In this document: in pieces, positions 8,820 to 17,607 of the stretch
Numbering within the stretch: the stretch's first letter is position 1
Layout: each line of letters starts with the position of its first letter
Assembly: GCA_965261355.1 (NCBI GenBank)
Contig: OZ253464.1
Coordinates: forward strand, 1,241,907 to 1,305,906
Direction of reading: 5' to 3'
DNA: 64,000 nucleotides
DNA from: Dehalococcoidia bacterium
GTDB taxonomy: Bacteria; Chloroflexota; Dehalococcoidia; Lucifugimonadales; UBA3495
Notes under the pieces: generated by a model
Seen by the model: the letters and a program-made list of their open reading frames with translations, nothing else
Database searches by the model: none
Told to the model about the DNA's origin: nothing
Program-made: the position numbers and the translations under genes

Positions 8820-9848
8820 CTATTGCGGATAGACCGCACCGCTCTCTCCTTCAAACACAGGGCTGACGTCCACGCCATCGAAGGCGCCAGCGTTGCCCCC
8901 AAGGGCAGGGATCATGATTCGCATATTATGGCGCATCAGGCCGAGGTAAGAATGCTCAGGGTCACCGGGAGCGCCGGGCAGATCGTCGTCTGCGAGCTCA
9001 TCGATGAAGGCGGTGTTCCCTTCGCGAGCGATGGTCTCGAGCACACCGCTGGGAAATTCTTCCGAGCCAAAAATTGCCGGCAGGCCGAGCTCCCTGACCT
9101 GGTCGATGAGTTCGGCAACTTCCCTCGCAGAAGGCTCGGCGAAGTCGGAAGGCTGGACTGCGCCTATTACCTCCATTCCGTAGGTGAGGGCGAAATAGGC
9201 CCACGAGTCGTGGTATGTGACCAGCTTGCGGTTCTCGGGCGGAATCGTGGCGACGGATTCCCGGATGGCGGTGTCCATCGCTTTAATGCGCAAACGAAAG
9301 TCCTCGAGGCTACTCAGGTAATAGTCAGCGTTTTCAGGGTCGAGGGATGAGAGTTGCTGCTGCACCAGTTCGGCGTACTTCAGGCCAAGGAGCGGGTCAG
9401 GCCACAGATGGGGGTTCGGGTGTCCTTCAGACTCGGGAAAACTGAAGTCGAACCGCCACTGCTCCTTCGAGATAGCATTGTCCCCCAAAAGGATGATCGG
9501 AGTTTCGTTCTTCTTGTTGGCCTCAGCCAGTTCGAGGGTTGGCTGCTCCAGGAACAGTCCGTTCGCGATTATCAGGTCTGCGTCGGTCATCAGCCTGGCC
9601 AGCGAGGGCTGCGGTTCAAAGACGTGGGAGTTGACTCCCTCCGGGACCACCCCTTCGAGCTGGATACGGTTGCCTCCAATGTTCTCCACGATGCTGGTTA
9701 TGGGGGAGACCGTTGTAACCACCCTCAGTTTGCCTCCGTCATCCTGCTCCGTGCCACACCCCATCGTCAGGGCCAAGACCACAAGAATTGCCAGGATAGT
9801 TCTGGAATTAAGAGACCGTTTTACCTGCCGAGAAATCACCAGAATCAA
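8820..9848 (-). CDS. znuA: metal ABC transporter substrate-binding lipoprotein (cluster A-I, ZnuA/TroA-like)
   Basis: Lipobox LALTMGCG is present. Ligand motifs are NSHVFEP, NPHLWPDP and YHDSWAYF (His at the third ligand position, which is Zn/TroA-type rather than the Glu of Mn-type PsaA). The start codon is uncertain (TTG 9848 or GTG 9839). Confidence 0.85.
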   Translation of the reverse strand: MILVISRQVKRSLNSRTILAILVVLALTMGCGTEQDDGGKLRVVTTVSPITSIVENIGGNRIQLEGVVPEGVNSHVFEPQPSLARLMTDADLIIANGLFLEQPTLELAEANKKNETPIILLGDNAISKEQWRFDFSFPESEGHPNPHLWPDPLLGLKYAELVQQQLSSLDPENADYYLSSLEDFRLRIKAMDTAIRESVATIPPENRKLVTYHDSWAYFALTYGMEVIGAVQPSDFAEPSAREVAELIDQVRELGLPAIFGSEEFPSGVLETIAREGNTAFIDELADDDLPGAPGDPEHSYLGLMRHNMRIMIPALGGNAGAFDGVDVSPVFEGESGAVYPQ

Positions 9849-9856
9849 CTCTTGAA

Positions 9857-10345
9857 CTACGAATCAATCGCCCCGGGGTGCTGGGTGGACTCGGCTTCCT
9901 TGCTCTGGCAGTCCGCACAGACTCCCGACACGGAAAAATGCTCGAGGTCAGGGACAAAACCGAACTCGTGGACCAGTGTTTCCCTGAACTCAGACAAGTA
10001 GTGGGGGCTGAGGTTGTAGGCTCCGCTGCACACGCGGCATACCATGTGGTGGTGACGGTCGTGCGGCAGCGTCAACTCATAATGGAGGCGGTCGCCGATT
10101 TCAACCTCGGTCACCACTCCGGCGTCCTTGAACAGCCGCAGTGTCCGGTACACCGTAGCGATATCCATGAATTGGTAGGCCTCGCGGGCGCGGCGGAATA
10201 CCTCATCCACGCCCATGTGCTGCCGGCCCTCAGCCATCACGGAGAGCACCAGCAGTCTCTGGGGAGTGAGCCTGTGGCCCTGGAGGCGGAGCTTTTCCAA
10301 TGCCTGGTCGTGATGCAACGCGCGAGCCCTAGTAGATGCAATCAA
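9857..10345 (-). CDS. zur: Fur-family metalloregulator, Zur by context
   Basis: Winged-helix segment HRLTPQRLLVLSVM...VYRTLRLF, HHHMVC, and two CxxC pairs (CRVC, CADC). It lies 8 nt upstream of znuA. No ATG start is present; candidates are TTG 10345 or TTG 10318. Confidence 0.8.
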   Translation of the reverse strand: MIASTRARALHHDQALEKLRLQGHRLTPQRLLVLSVMAEGRQHMGVDEVFRRAREAYQFMDIATVYRTLRLFKDAGVVTEVEIGDRLHYELTLPHDRHHHMVCRVCSGAYNLSPHYLSEFRETLVHEFGFVPDLEHFSVSGVCADCQSKEAESTQHPGAIDS

Positions 10346-10357
10346 TTGCCGAAAACA

Positions 10358-10385
10358 ATTGTAGCGACAGGCAAGGGAAAGTCAA
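10358..10385 (-). promoter_or_regulatory. candidate sigma-70-type promoter of the zur operon
   Basis: Minus strand reads TTGACT (10385-10380), 16-nt spacer, TACAAT (10363-10358). Three CAATTG hexamers (10343-10348, 10356-10361, 10383-10388) overlap the -35, the -10 and the start region. Confidence 0.4.
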
Positions 10386-10418
10386 TTGTGCGCGGAGGGG
10401 GTTTGAGGGGTACCAACC

Positions 10419-11570
10419 TCAGTGGGCAATGCGAATTATGCTGTACATGTGCCGGAACAGGCGCATCGCCTCGCCCAGGAGCTCCCCAATCCCACTGGCG
10501 CCGGGCCGTACGTGCTCGAATGACAAGACCTCAGTGTAGCGGACGTCGCCCCGCTCTTCGGTTGCTGCCAGCAGGCGCCGGGATTCGGCGGCGGGCACAA
10601 GGCGATCGTACCGGTCGTGCAAGACCAGCAGGCGCGCTTGCACATCGTCGATATGCATGGAGGGCGAAACATCGGCCATGGCCATCCGGAAATCGGCAGG
10701 GAGTTCCTCGTATAGGGTGGCAGCTTCCTCCGGCGTGGTTCCGTCCAGCAGCGTGGAAACTGTCCGTGCCTGCGGCGATAGCGCCTCCAACTCCTCAGGG
10801 CTGAGCGCCTGATTGTTCATATACCGCCGGGTGAGCGAGTCGACATCAGAGGGATCATCCAGCGTCTCGATTAACTCGTTTGCCAGTACCCGCATGGTCA
10901 GGCGGTCCGGCTCCCAGTCTGTACGCTCACCGTCGTACAGGACCGAGCGCGACGCCGCCTGCAGCAACAGGCTCCCGGCGTCGAAATATGGTCCGAAGGC
11001 GTTCACGAAATGCACGTCTTCCCGGATCCTCTGGTCAGCGGCGGCCACCAGCGCAAAAGACGCACCGACGCAGAAGCCACCGAGGCCCGTGCGGTCGGAG
11101 TCCACGTATTCACGTTCGCTGAGGTACTGGTAGGCGGACACGAGGTTGCCGGTCTCGGCGGGCTCTATGTTGGCTCGCAAGGCCATGGTGGGGGACCAGT
11201 GGAACATGGCGACATATCCGGCTCTGGCGAGCGCGCTACCGAGGTTGATGACGTCGGGGTCGTCTCGGCCAGCTGCGTTGGCGCCCAGGAACAGCACCAC
11301 GGCCGCTCGGGGCTTGCCGTCGGCAGGGCGGTACACGTCGGCTACTGTCGTGCCGTCGGACGAAGGGTAGTGGACCTCATGCCGTAGCGGTTCGTCGGTA
11401 AACCAGGCCTGTGGCTTGATTGGAAGCTCCAGCACCTGTGTAACAAACAGCGTCGTATGGAATCCGGCGCGGCCCTGGGGCGTCACAGCGATAAAAAGCG
11501 TCAGCAGCACACCGAGCACCACCAACGCCTGAAACAGCCACGAGGCCCCTTTCCGGACAACCCGAATCAA
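10419..11570 (-). CDS. membrane-anchored alpha/beta hydrolase, dienelactone-hydrolase-like (Cys nucleophile elbow)
   Basis: An N-terminal hydrophobic helix (WLFQALVVLGVLLTLFIAV) is followed by an alpha/beta-hydrolase-like body with elbow GGFCVGAS. This G-x-C-x-G form matches DLH-type enzymes. Confidence 0.65.
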   Translation of the reverse strand: MIRVVRKGASWLFQALVVLGVLLTLFIAVTPQGRAGFHTTLFVTQVLELPIKPQAWFTDEPLRHEVHYPSSDGTTVADVYRPADGKPRAAVVLFLGANAAGRDDPDVINLGSALARAGYVAMFHWSPTMALRANIEPAETGNLVSAYQYLSEREYVDSDRTGLGGFCVGASFALVAAADQRIREDVHFVNAFGPYFDAGSLLLQAASRSVLYDGERTDWEPDRLTMRVLANELIETLDDPSDVDSLTRRYMNNQALSPEELEALSPQARTVSTLLDGTTPEEAATLYEELPADFRMAMADVSPSMHIDDVQARLLVLHDRYDRLVPAAESRRLLAATEERGDVRYTEVLSFEHVRPGASGIGELLGEAMRLFRHMYSIIRIAH

Positions 11571-11636
11571 GACGTCACCAGCCGCCCGTTGACCTCAATA
11601 TCGAAGCAGCGGAATTTGCCGATTCCAGCGGTGCCA

Positions 11637-12905
11637 CTATACACGCACCATTCTCATCATGAAAACAGAGACCACCCGAGTTGCCGCCATGGCCAGGAAT
11701 ACGATAGGCCACGGACTTCCGGTCATATCCAGCACAACTCCGAACACGATGGCCTGGGCGCCCGCGTAGAGGTAGCCGTGGGCGTCGAGGATTCCCGACG
11801 CCGTGCCGGCCATACGGCGCCCACCCAAGTCGACAGACACCGTCGACATGGGCGACATTCCCATCGCAATTCCCCCGGTCAGCAGCAGCGCGGCGCCCAG
11901 CAATTCGTTGGAGGGCGGCACCAGGGCGATAACCGAGATGATCACAGCGCTGGCCAGGCACGAGGATATCACCAAGGGCCGGCGCTGGCTGTTCAGGAAG
12001 TGGTCGGAAATAAAGCCGGACAGTGGCGGCGCGATGAGATACCCCACCGGCAGCAGTACCGTCACAAACACGGTGGACTCGATTGACAGTCCGCCAACTT
12101 CCGAATAGTAGATGGCGACCCAGGTGGTCAGGCCGTAGCGGACGACGTTCTCCAGCCCCTTGACATGGCAGGCCATCAGAAACCTTGTGTTGCCCAGAAG
12201 CACCCGGTACGGCCCCAGGCCTCGCAACCTTGCGGGATCCACAGATTCCGGAGTTGCCGATACCTCGTCTTCTTCTATGTATTCCGGCAGCCCCACGTCG
12301 GCGGGGCGATCGCGGACCAAAAAGTAGAACGCTACCCCTATGACGGCAAATACCAACGGCAGGTAGCGGAAAGCGGCCCGCCATCCCCATTCTGCGCCTA
12401 CCCAGCCTGCGAGGGCCCACATCAGCAGCATTGCGCCGCCCGCGGAGGTGCCAACGATGCCCAGCGCGACACCACGATGGCTGCGGGGCCACCACTGGGA
12501 GATCATGCTCATGGCGGGAGCCCAGCAGGCGGCGTTGACGAAACCTGCGAGGCCAAGCGGGACCGCCATGGTGAGCGGAGAGGTGGCAAAGCTTGTCAGC
12601 CAGTTGAAGACGGCCGTAAGCACCGCTCCCAGCATGACCCACAGGCGGAGCCCGAATGCCTCGGCGAGCCGCCCGTGGAAGACATCGCCCAAGGCAAAGC
12701 CCCAGAACAGCATTGCCCAGATGATCGCGATGTCGATGTTGCTGAGGCCCAGGTCTTCCTTTACCAGCGGGCCCAGCGGATAGAGGCTGAAGCGCCCGAG
12801 GTATGCGAACAGGTAGAAGACAGCGAACGCCAGCAGCACCCGCCACTTGAACACGTGGTAAGCGCGGGGCAGATCGTCAAACCGTACTGCATCGACGCTG
12901 CTCAT
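11637..12905 (-). CDS. MFS transporter
   Basis: 422-aa polytopic ORF with an MFS-like N-terminus (FAVFYLFAYLGRFSLYPLGPLVKEDLGLS...GDVFHGRLAEAFG). The overlapping ORF 11575-12846 in another frame is Arg/Gly/Pro-rich noise. Confidence 0.8.
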   Translation of the reverse strand: MSSVDAVRFDDLPRAYHVFKWRVLLAFAVFYLFAYLGRFSLYPLGPLVKEDLGLSNIDIAIIWAMLFWGFALGDVFHGRLAEAFGLRLWVMLGAVLTAVFNWLTSFATSPLTMAVPLGLAGFVNAACWAPAMSMISQWWPRSHRGVALGIVGTSAGGAMLLMWALAGWVGAEWGWRAAFRYLPLVFAVIGVAFYFLVRDRPADVGLPEYIEEDEVSATPESVDPARLRGLGPYRVLLGNTRFLMACHVKGLENVVRYGLTTWVAIYYSEVGGLSIESTVFVTVLLPVGYLIAPPLSGFISDHFLNSQRRPLVISSCLASAVIISVIALVPPSNELLGAALLLTGGIAMGMSPMSTVSVDLGGRRMAGTASGILDAHGYLYAGAQAIVFGVVLDMTGSPWPIVFLAMAATRVVSVFMMRMVRV

Positions 12906-12950
12906 ACTCAGGGACCGCTAGGGCTGAATTGCGAGGAATGCCGATCGCTG

Positions 12951-13000
12951 AAAACGGCCAAGCCCGGGCGACCGCGCGACGTAATGCGGGCCCGGGCCTT
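12951..13000 (-). terminator. candidate terminator after the VOC gene
   Basis: AAGCCCGGGC (12960-12969) pairs with GCCCGGGCCTT (12990-13000) with one bulge. On the minus strand the stem is followed by GTTTT (12951-12955). Confidence 0.4.
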
Positions 13001-13032
13001 GAAACACACTGGGGTGGCAGTGGCTGAAGGAG

Positions 13033-13509
13033 TTAGCTGGCCGGTATGGCGGCCCTAGCTATGCCGATCAGCTCCTCGTTGGAGGCTTCCAGGTCGATCA
13101 GGTCGCCGTGGGGCTGAGGGACATCGAACCCGGTCTTGCAGTAGAGCTCGATGCGGTTGCCCTCCGGGTCGAAGAAGTACATTCCGAAGGCGTTGCCGTG
13201 GCTGACTATCCGGTCAATCTCGACACCCTCGGACTTGATGCGCTGGTGGTATTCCTTCAGGTCGTCCAGACCGGGGACGATGAAGGAAATCTGCTGAATG
13301 ACCTTGGCATCGCCCGAGGTCACCCGGCCCTTCATCAGAACGAACTCATGGTGTTCGCGTACGGGATCGGAGCTGAGGAAGCTCATCCCACGGCCGTCCA
13401 GATCCTCGTCAGCGATCTCCAGACCCATCACGCGGGTGTAGAAGTCTCGCTGCTTCATAATGTCTTCGGCGTAAATACCGACGTGTCCCAGACCTTCAAT
13501 CTTCGCCAT
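13033..13509 (-). CDS. VOC family protein (glyoxalase/bleomycin-resistance/extradiol dioxygenase fold)
   Basis: 158 aa. It opens with GLGHVGIYAEDIMKQRDFYTRVMGL and has a second half-domain with EGVEIDRIVSHGNAFGMYFFDPEGNRIEL. Confidence 0.8.
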   Translation of the reverse strand: MAKIEGLGHVGIYAEDIMKQRDFYTRVMGLEIADEDLDGRGMSFLSSDPVREHHEFVLMKGRVTSGDAKVIQQISFIVPGLDDLKEYHQRIKSEGVEIDRIVSHGNAFGMYFFDPEGNRIELYCKTGFDVPQPHGDLIDLEASNEELIGIARAAIPAS

Positions 13510-13562
13510 TACTCTCCCCCGGCCAGACGGCTTGCTTGAGCCCGGCGGTCCAAGTTTTCGGG

Positions 13563-13572
13563 ATTATACACC
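13563..13572 (-). promoter_or_regulatory. candidate extended -10 promoter (GGTGTATAAT) for the VOC gene
   Basis: Minus strand reads GATGGTGTATAATCCCG. It lies 54 nt upstream of ATG 13509. The same GGTG(n)TATAATyCC pattern recurs upstream of proC and pdxA. Confidence 0.45.
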
Positions 13573-13597
13573 ATCGTCCTGATCGCGTAGGGGCCGC

Positions 13598-15112
13598 TTA
13601 TCGGTCGCCATTCGCCAGGTTGACGGCCAGTTGCGCCAGCGTGCGCGCCGGAGCGCCGGTTGCGCCCTTTACCTGATAGCCCGACGCCCTCTCGGAGGTG
13701 GATGTGCCGGCAATATCCAGGTGGGCCCAGGCTGCACCGTCCACGAACTCCTTGAGCAGAAAGGCCGCAGTGATGGAGCCCGCCTGGCGGCCGCCGGTGT
13801 TCTTCATGTCGGCCACGTCGCTTCGGATCAGCTCCTTGTACTCGTCGAACATGGGCAACTGCCAGAATTTTTCGCCGGTCTGCTTGCCCGCGTTGATTAC
13901 ATCGCCGATCAACTCGTCATCATTGCCCATCACGCCGGTGCAGGCCTTGCCAAGGGTGGTGACCATCGCGCCGGTCAGCGTGGCGATGTCCACCAGCCGG
14001 GTGATGCCACGTTCCCGCGCCAGACACAGGGCGTCGGCCAATACCAGGCGTCCTTCGGCGTCGGTGTTGATGACCTCGATGGTCTTGCCGTTCATGGCCC
14101 GCACCACATCGCCGGGCCTCTGCGCCGAACCGCCGGGCATGTTCTCGGTGGCCGCCACCATGCCTGTTACGTTGATGCGCGGCCGGAGACTGGCGATTAT
14201 CTGCATTGCGGCGATAACCGAGGCTCCGCCCGCCATGTCCCCCTTCATCGCTTCCATGTTGGCGGCGGGCTTCAGGGAAATTCCGCCGGTGTCGAAGGTG
14301 ATGCCCTTGCCGATCAGGCCGAGGTTGTTGTCAGGGTTTTCCGGGTCGCCTTCGTAGCTGAGGATGATGAGCTTGGCCGGTTCATCGGAACCCTGGGCCA
14401 CGCCGATGAAAGCGCCCATTCCCTTTTCCTTCATGTCGGCGTTGTCCATCACCTCAAAGCCGAGACTTTGCTCCTTGGCGACCCGCCGGGCAATTTCGGC
14501 CATCGCCGTGGGAGTCATTTCATTAGCCGGTTCGTTGACCATATTCCGCGCAACAAGGGTGGCCTCCGCCATCGCCCGACCCTGAGCGACCCCCGAGCGG
14601 AGGGCTTGCGCCCGCTCCGTGTCCCGCTCGGCGATGGTCAGCTCGGAGAACTCGCCGTCGGCGTCTTCGCCATTGGAGTGGTAGCGGTCGAACTTGTACA
14701 GGCCAAGCACCGCGCCTTCAGCTATAGCCCGGCCAGCGTCCTCGGGCGACAGGCCGCCCGCTCCCGCGCCGTGGGCGACAGAGACCGCCTCGGTAACCCC
14801 GCGACGGCGGAGGTAGCGCAGCGACTCGGACGACACGCGACGAGCGACTTCGGCGTCGAAGTCGTCCTGCTTGCCCAGGCCCGCTACCAGAACGCGGTCC
14901 GGAGCGATCCGGCCCATGGTGTGCAGCAGGGTCAGCTCCCCCCGCTTCCCCTTGATCTCGCCATCCTCGATCAATCGCGAGATAGCGCCATCGAGGGCCT
15001 GGTCGACGGCCCCGGTAGCACCTCCGGGGACCTCTACGCCACTGAACAGGTTTACGATCAGGGCCGGAGTGGGCGTAGATGTAATGTCAGTGATTTTCAC
15101 GTCTATATTCAT
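13598..15112 (-). CDS. pepA: leucyl aminopeptidase (M17)
   Basis: 504 aa carrying the M17 signature NTDAEGRLVLADAL and metal-site context (GKGITFDTGGISLKP). Confidence 0.9.
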   Translation of the reverse strand: MNIDVKITDITSTPTPALIVNLFSGVEVPGGATGAVDQALDGAISRLIEDGEIKGKRGELTLLHTMGRIAPDRVLVAGLGKQDDFDAEVARRVSSESLRYLRRRGVTEAVSVAHGAGAGGLSPEDAGRAIAEGAVLGLYKFDRYHSNGEDADGEFSELTIAERDTERAQALRSGVAQGRAMAEATLVARNMVNEPANEMTPTAMAEIARRVAKEQSLGFEVMDNADMKEKGMGAFIGVAQGSDEPAKLIILSYEGDPENPDNNLGLIGKGITFDTGGISLKPAANMEAMKGDMAGGASVIAAMQIIASLRPRINVTGMVAATENMPGGSAQRPGDVVRAMNGKTIEVINTDAEGRLVLADALCLARERGITRLVDIATLTGAMVTTLGKACTGVMGNDDELIGDVINAGKQTGEKFWQLPMFDEYKELIRSDVADMKNTGGRQAGSITAAFLLKEFVDGAAWAHLDIAGTSTSERASGYQVKGATGAPARTLAQLAVNLANGDR

Positions 15113-15202
15113 TTCGTATAGCCTTTCCCGTAAGTATGGCGGCCGCTACAGGGTATCCGATTGCCCCGAAGTGCGCCACGGCATTGTTCCTATAGCACAG
15201 TG

Positions 15203-15820
15203 CTAGTGTCCGCCTTGTGCCCATTCCAGCACCCGCTGGAGGAGGATGGCAGTGTCCAGCGACGTATCCACGAGGATGTGCGGGCGCTTCACCGGCTCCC
15301 ACGCGGGCGCCATGCGGGAGTATATGGCCCAACCAGCATCGGACCAGGACGTAGTATCGAGCCCGGATTCCCGTACATCCATGCGTCTCTTGATGGTCTC
15401 GGGAGGAGCGGACACGACGGCGATAGCCAACGGCACCCCGCGCTTCCTCGCTATGGCATAGATGGGTCTGCGATTCTTCTCGGTGACGTTGGTGGCATCG
15501 AAGAGCACGGGGTAACCAGCTGCCAGGAACTCTTCGATCAACCGGTGGCAGGCGCGGAACACTCGGCTGTGCTCGCCGGGAGTGTATTGAGGCTTAGGTA
15601 CCAACCCCTTGCGAAGGCGGTCGGCTTCCAATGACAGGATGGGGTACCGTTCGCTCACTTTGGCGGCGAAAGTGCTCTTGCCGGAACCCGGTAGGCCAGC
15701 CAGCATCAGCAGCTTCGGTTCGCCCGGGCGGAGATTCGCGGACCGGATGTCGCCCATCAACAGACGACGCAACAGACCGACATCGGCCTGCAATCGAGGG
15801 GCAGGAGCGGAGGAACCCAT
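15203..15820 (-). CDS. P-loop ATPase/kinase (AAA_33 / zeta-toxin-like fold)
   Basis: Walker A GLPGSGKST at about residue 42. It has small-kinase length (205 aa). It lies 15 nt downstream of the PadR-associated membrane protein. Confidence 0.6.
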   Translation of the reverse strand: MGSSAPAPRLQADVGLLRRLLMGDIRSANLRPGEPKLLMLAGLPGSGKSTFAAKVSERYPILSLEADRLRKGLVPKPQYTPGEHSRVFRACHRLIEEFLAAGYPVLFDATNVTEKNRRPIYAIARKRGVPLAIAVVSAPPETIKRRMDVRESGLDTTSWSDAGWAIYSRMAPAWEPVKRPHILVDTSLDTAILLQRVLEWAQGGH

Positions 15821-15835
15821 GGGCGGCGGGCGCCG

Positions 15836-16840
15836 CTAAGTGGTGTCCGAATACCAGCCTGGGGACTCATCTCCCTGGCTGGCTACGCTGAGACGGTCGC
15901 GGCGGTTGGCCTGTGCTTCCAGCACTGCGGGAGAGAGCAGGAAGGCCACCGATGCGAGAATCATCAACCCCACTGCGACTATTCCCAGGTCGACGGGCAA
16001 GGACAATGCGGTGATGATGATCAGGATCGATGTAATCACCGCCAAGAGCCCGATTCGCACAAGGCGCGGCCCAACCTTGAGGAATACGGCGGTGGTGATG
16101 GCGAGGGCAAGGAAAATGCAGGCCCGGGCGGTGTCAGACTGCTGCATGCGCTCGGCGTGGTCGCTCCACAGGCCGCCCGACCAGTTCAGGAACAGCACCC
16201 ACGAGGTGAGGAATGGGAAGGGCAACGCCGTCAGGGACACCAGCAGCCAGTCCCGCTTTGCAATCTTCACCACCACGTTGTAAACGATCCACATCGAAAG
16301 CGGCACGTAGCCCACGAGAAGGAAGAACAGAACCGTGTTAAAGGGAAGTTGGCCGGTGGTAATCAGTGTCCATCCGCCGTACCCCAGGGCTATCAGCGAC
16401 AGCAGCCAGGAAATGGCAGGGGCGGCCAGAGTGTATCCCATCCAGGAATACGACCACTTGCTTGGGTGGCCGGCGCGCCAGTTCCGCCAGGTAACGAAGG
16501 CGATTCCCACCAGGACCACGGATACCAGGAAGTAGTGGCTCCACAGATGAAGGGCGAAGAGCGCGGCCAACAGGAAGTGGGGCAGCATTGCCAGCAGGAC
16601 GTCCCGCCAGACGCCTGTGCTGTGGACCGCATACATGCGACTGGCCACGGTCCTTGGCGCGCCCATTTCTCCCACGGCACAGGCCAAAGCAGACTCACGG
16701 TCCATGCCCTCCGCTTCAAGCTCGTTGGCTTTGTCTTCAATGTGGGACTGAAGCTCCTCCAGGATCTCCCGCTCATGGTGCGGGTCGAGGTGGAGCCTCC
16801 GCGCCAGCGAGTTGAGGTAGTTGTTGATCAATCCCGGCAT
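15836..16840 (-). CDS. PadR-associated membrane protein (N-terminal HAAS / permease-prefix-type helical domain plus ~8 TM segments)
   Basis: The N-terminus NYLNSLARRLHLDPHHEREILEELQSHIEDKANELEAEGMDRESALACAVGEMGAP is the helical module usually found directly downstream of padR. The remainder is polytopic hydrophobic sequence. Confidence 0.6.
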   Translation of the reverse strand: MPGLINNYLNSLARRLHLDPHHEREILEELQSHIEDKANELEAEGMDRESALACAVGEMGAPRTVASRMYAVHSTGVWRDVLLAMLPHFLLAALFALHLWSHYFLVSVVLVGIAFVTWRNWRAGHPSKWSYSWMGYTLAAPAISWLLSLIALGYGGWTLITTGQLPFNTVLFFLLVGYVPLSMWIVYNVVVKIAKRDWLLVSLTALPFPFLTSWVLFLNWSGGLWSDHAERMQQSDTARACIFLALAITTAVFLKVGPRLVRIGLLAVITSILIIITALSLPVDLGIVAVGLMILASVAFLLSPAVLEAQANRRDRLSVASQGDESPGWYSDTT

Positions 16841-16863
16841 TACAACAACGCCCCGTCAGTCGA

Positions 16864-17196
16864 TTATTGAGCCCCAGCGAGCATAATGGAATCCATGGCG
16901 CGACTGAATCGCCGCCACTCGTGCAGGCGATCATGCAGGGCCTGCTTCCCCTTGGCGGTGATCAGGTAGTAGCGGCGGCGCACGCTGTTGGGCGTGTCTT
17001 CCCAGCGGCCCTCAATCAGGCCAGCCTTTTCCAGCCGGTGCAGGGCCGGATACAGGGTGCCTTCCTTGAAGGCAAAATAACCGTCACTACGCTTGTTGAC
17101 TTCCTTTACTATCTGGTAGCCGTACATCGGCTCGTCCTGCAGCAAAGCCAGCAGCAACGTATCGGTATTTCCCTTGAGTAGTTCTTGCTGTTGCAT
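16864..17196 (-). CDS. PadR family transcriptional regulator
   Basis: 110 aa with the typical PadR winged helix (LLLALLQDEPMYGYQIVKEVNKRSDGYFAFKEGTLYPALHRLEKAGLIEG). Confidence 0.85.
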   Translation of the reverse strand: MQQQELLKGNTDTLLLALLQDEPMYGYQIVKEVNKRSDGYFAFKEGTLYPALHRLEKAGLIEGRWEDTPNSVRRRYYLITAKGKQALHDRLHEWRRFSRAMDSIMLAGAQ

Positions 17197-17268
17197 TCAA
17201 CTAACCAGAGATGGGGGTTCTGCGCCAAGTCTATGTCTTGAACGCCAAGAGGTCAAATGGACTGCGAA

Positions 17269-17607
17269 TCAACTGAGGCTGTCAAGCACCTCTCGAATGA
17301 TGAACAGGATAATTATGACCACCATCGGGCTGAAATCCAGGCCGCCGAAGGAGGGGAGCATTCGTCGGATGGGCGCAAGCACCGGCTCGGTAACCTGGGT
17401 CACAATTCTGTCCACCTGCACAACAAAAGGATGGTAGGGAGGGCGCGTAAAATATGGCAGGAAGGATATTACCGCCCTGACGACAATCGCCAAAGTAAAC
17501 ATGTAGATAATGTAGCTGATGAGGCGGACAATCAGTTCCAAAACGGCACCGTCAGCAGTGGCCCGGCTATCCCTGGCCGAGCTGGACCGACTTTCTGTAG
17601 GCCGCAT
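17269..17607 (-). CDS. yggT: YggT family membrane protein
   Basis: YggT-like core (VVRAVISFLPYF...PVLAPIRRMLPSFGGLDFSPMVVIII). ATG 17607 overlaps proC by 41 nt. TTG 17541 is an alternative start giving 90 aa. Confidence 0.7.
   Translation of the reverse strand: MRPTESRSSSARDSRATADGAVLELIVRLISYIIYMFTLAIVVRAVISFLPYFTRPPYHPFVVQVDRIVTQVTEPVLAPIRRMLPSFGGLDFSPMVVIIILFIIREVLDSLS

Noticed and set aside
13631-15121. Long antisense or alternative-frame ORFs opposite well-supported genes. Examples are 13631-15121(+), 24854-26155(+), 37883-39184(+), 56730-58112(+), 58500-59624(-), 11575-12846(-) and 5814-6788(+).
   Set aside because: Their translations are Arg/Gly/Pro/Ala-rich, with no recognisable motifs, SD sequences or sensible starts. 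Each fully overlaps a gene with clear family signatures. These are typical shadow ORFs of GC-rich DNA.
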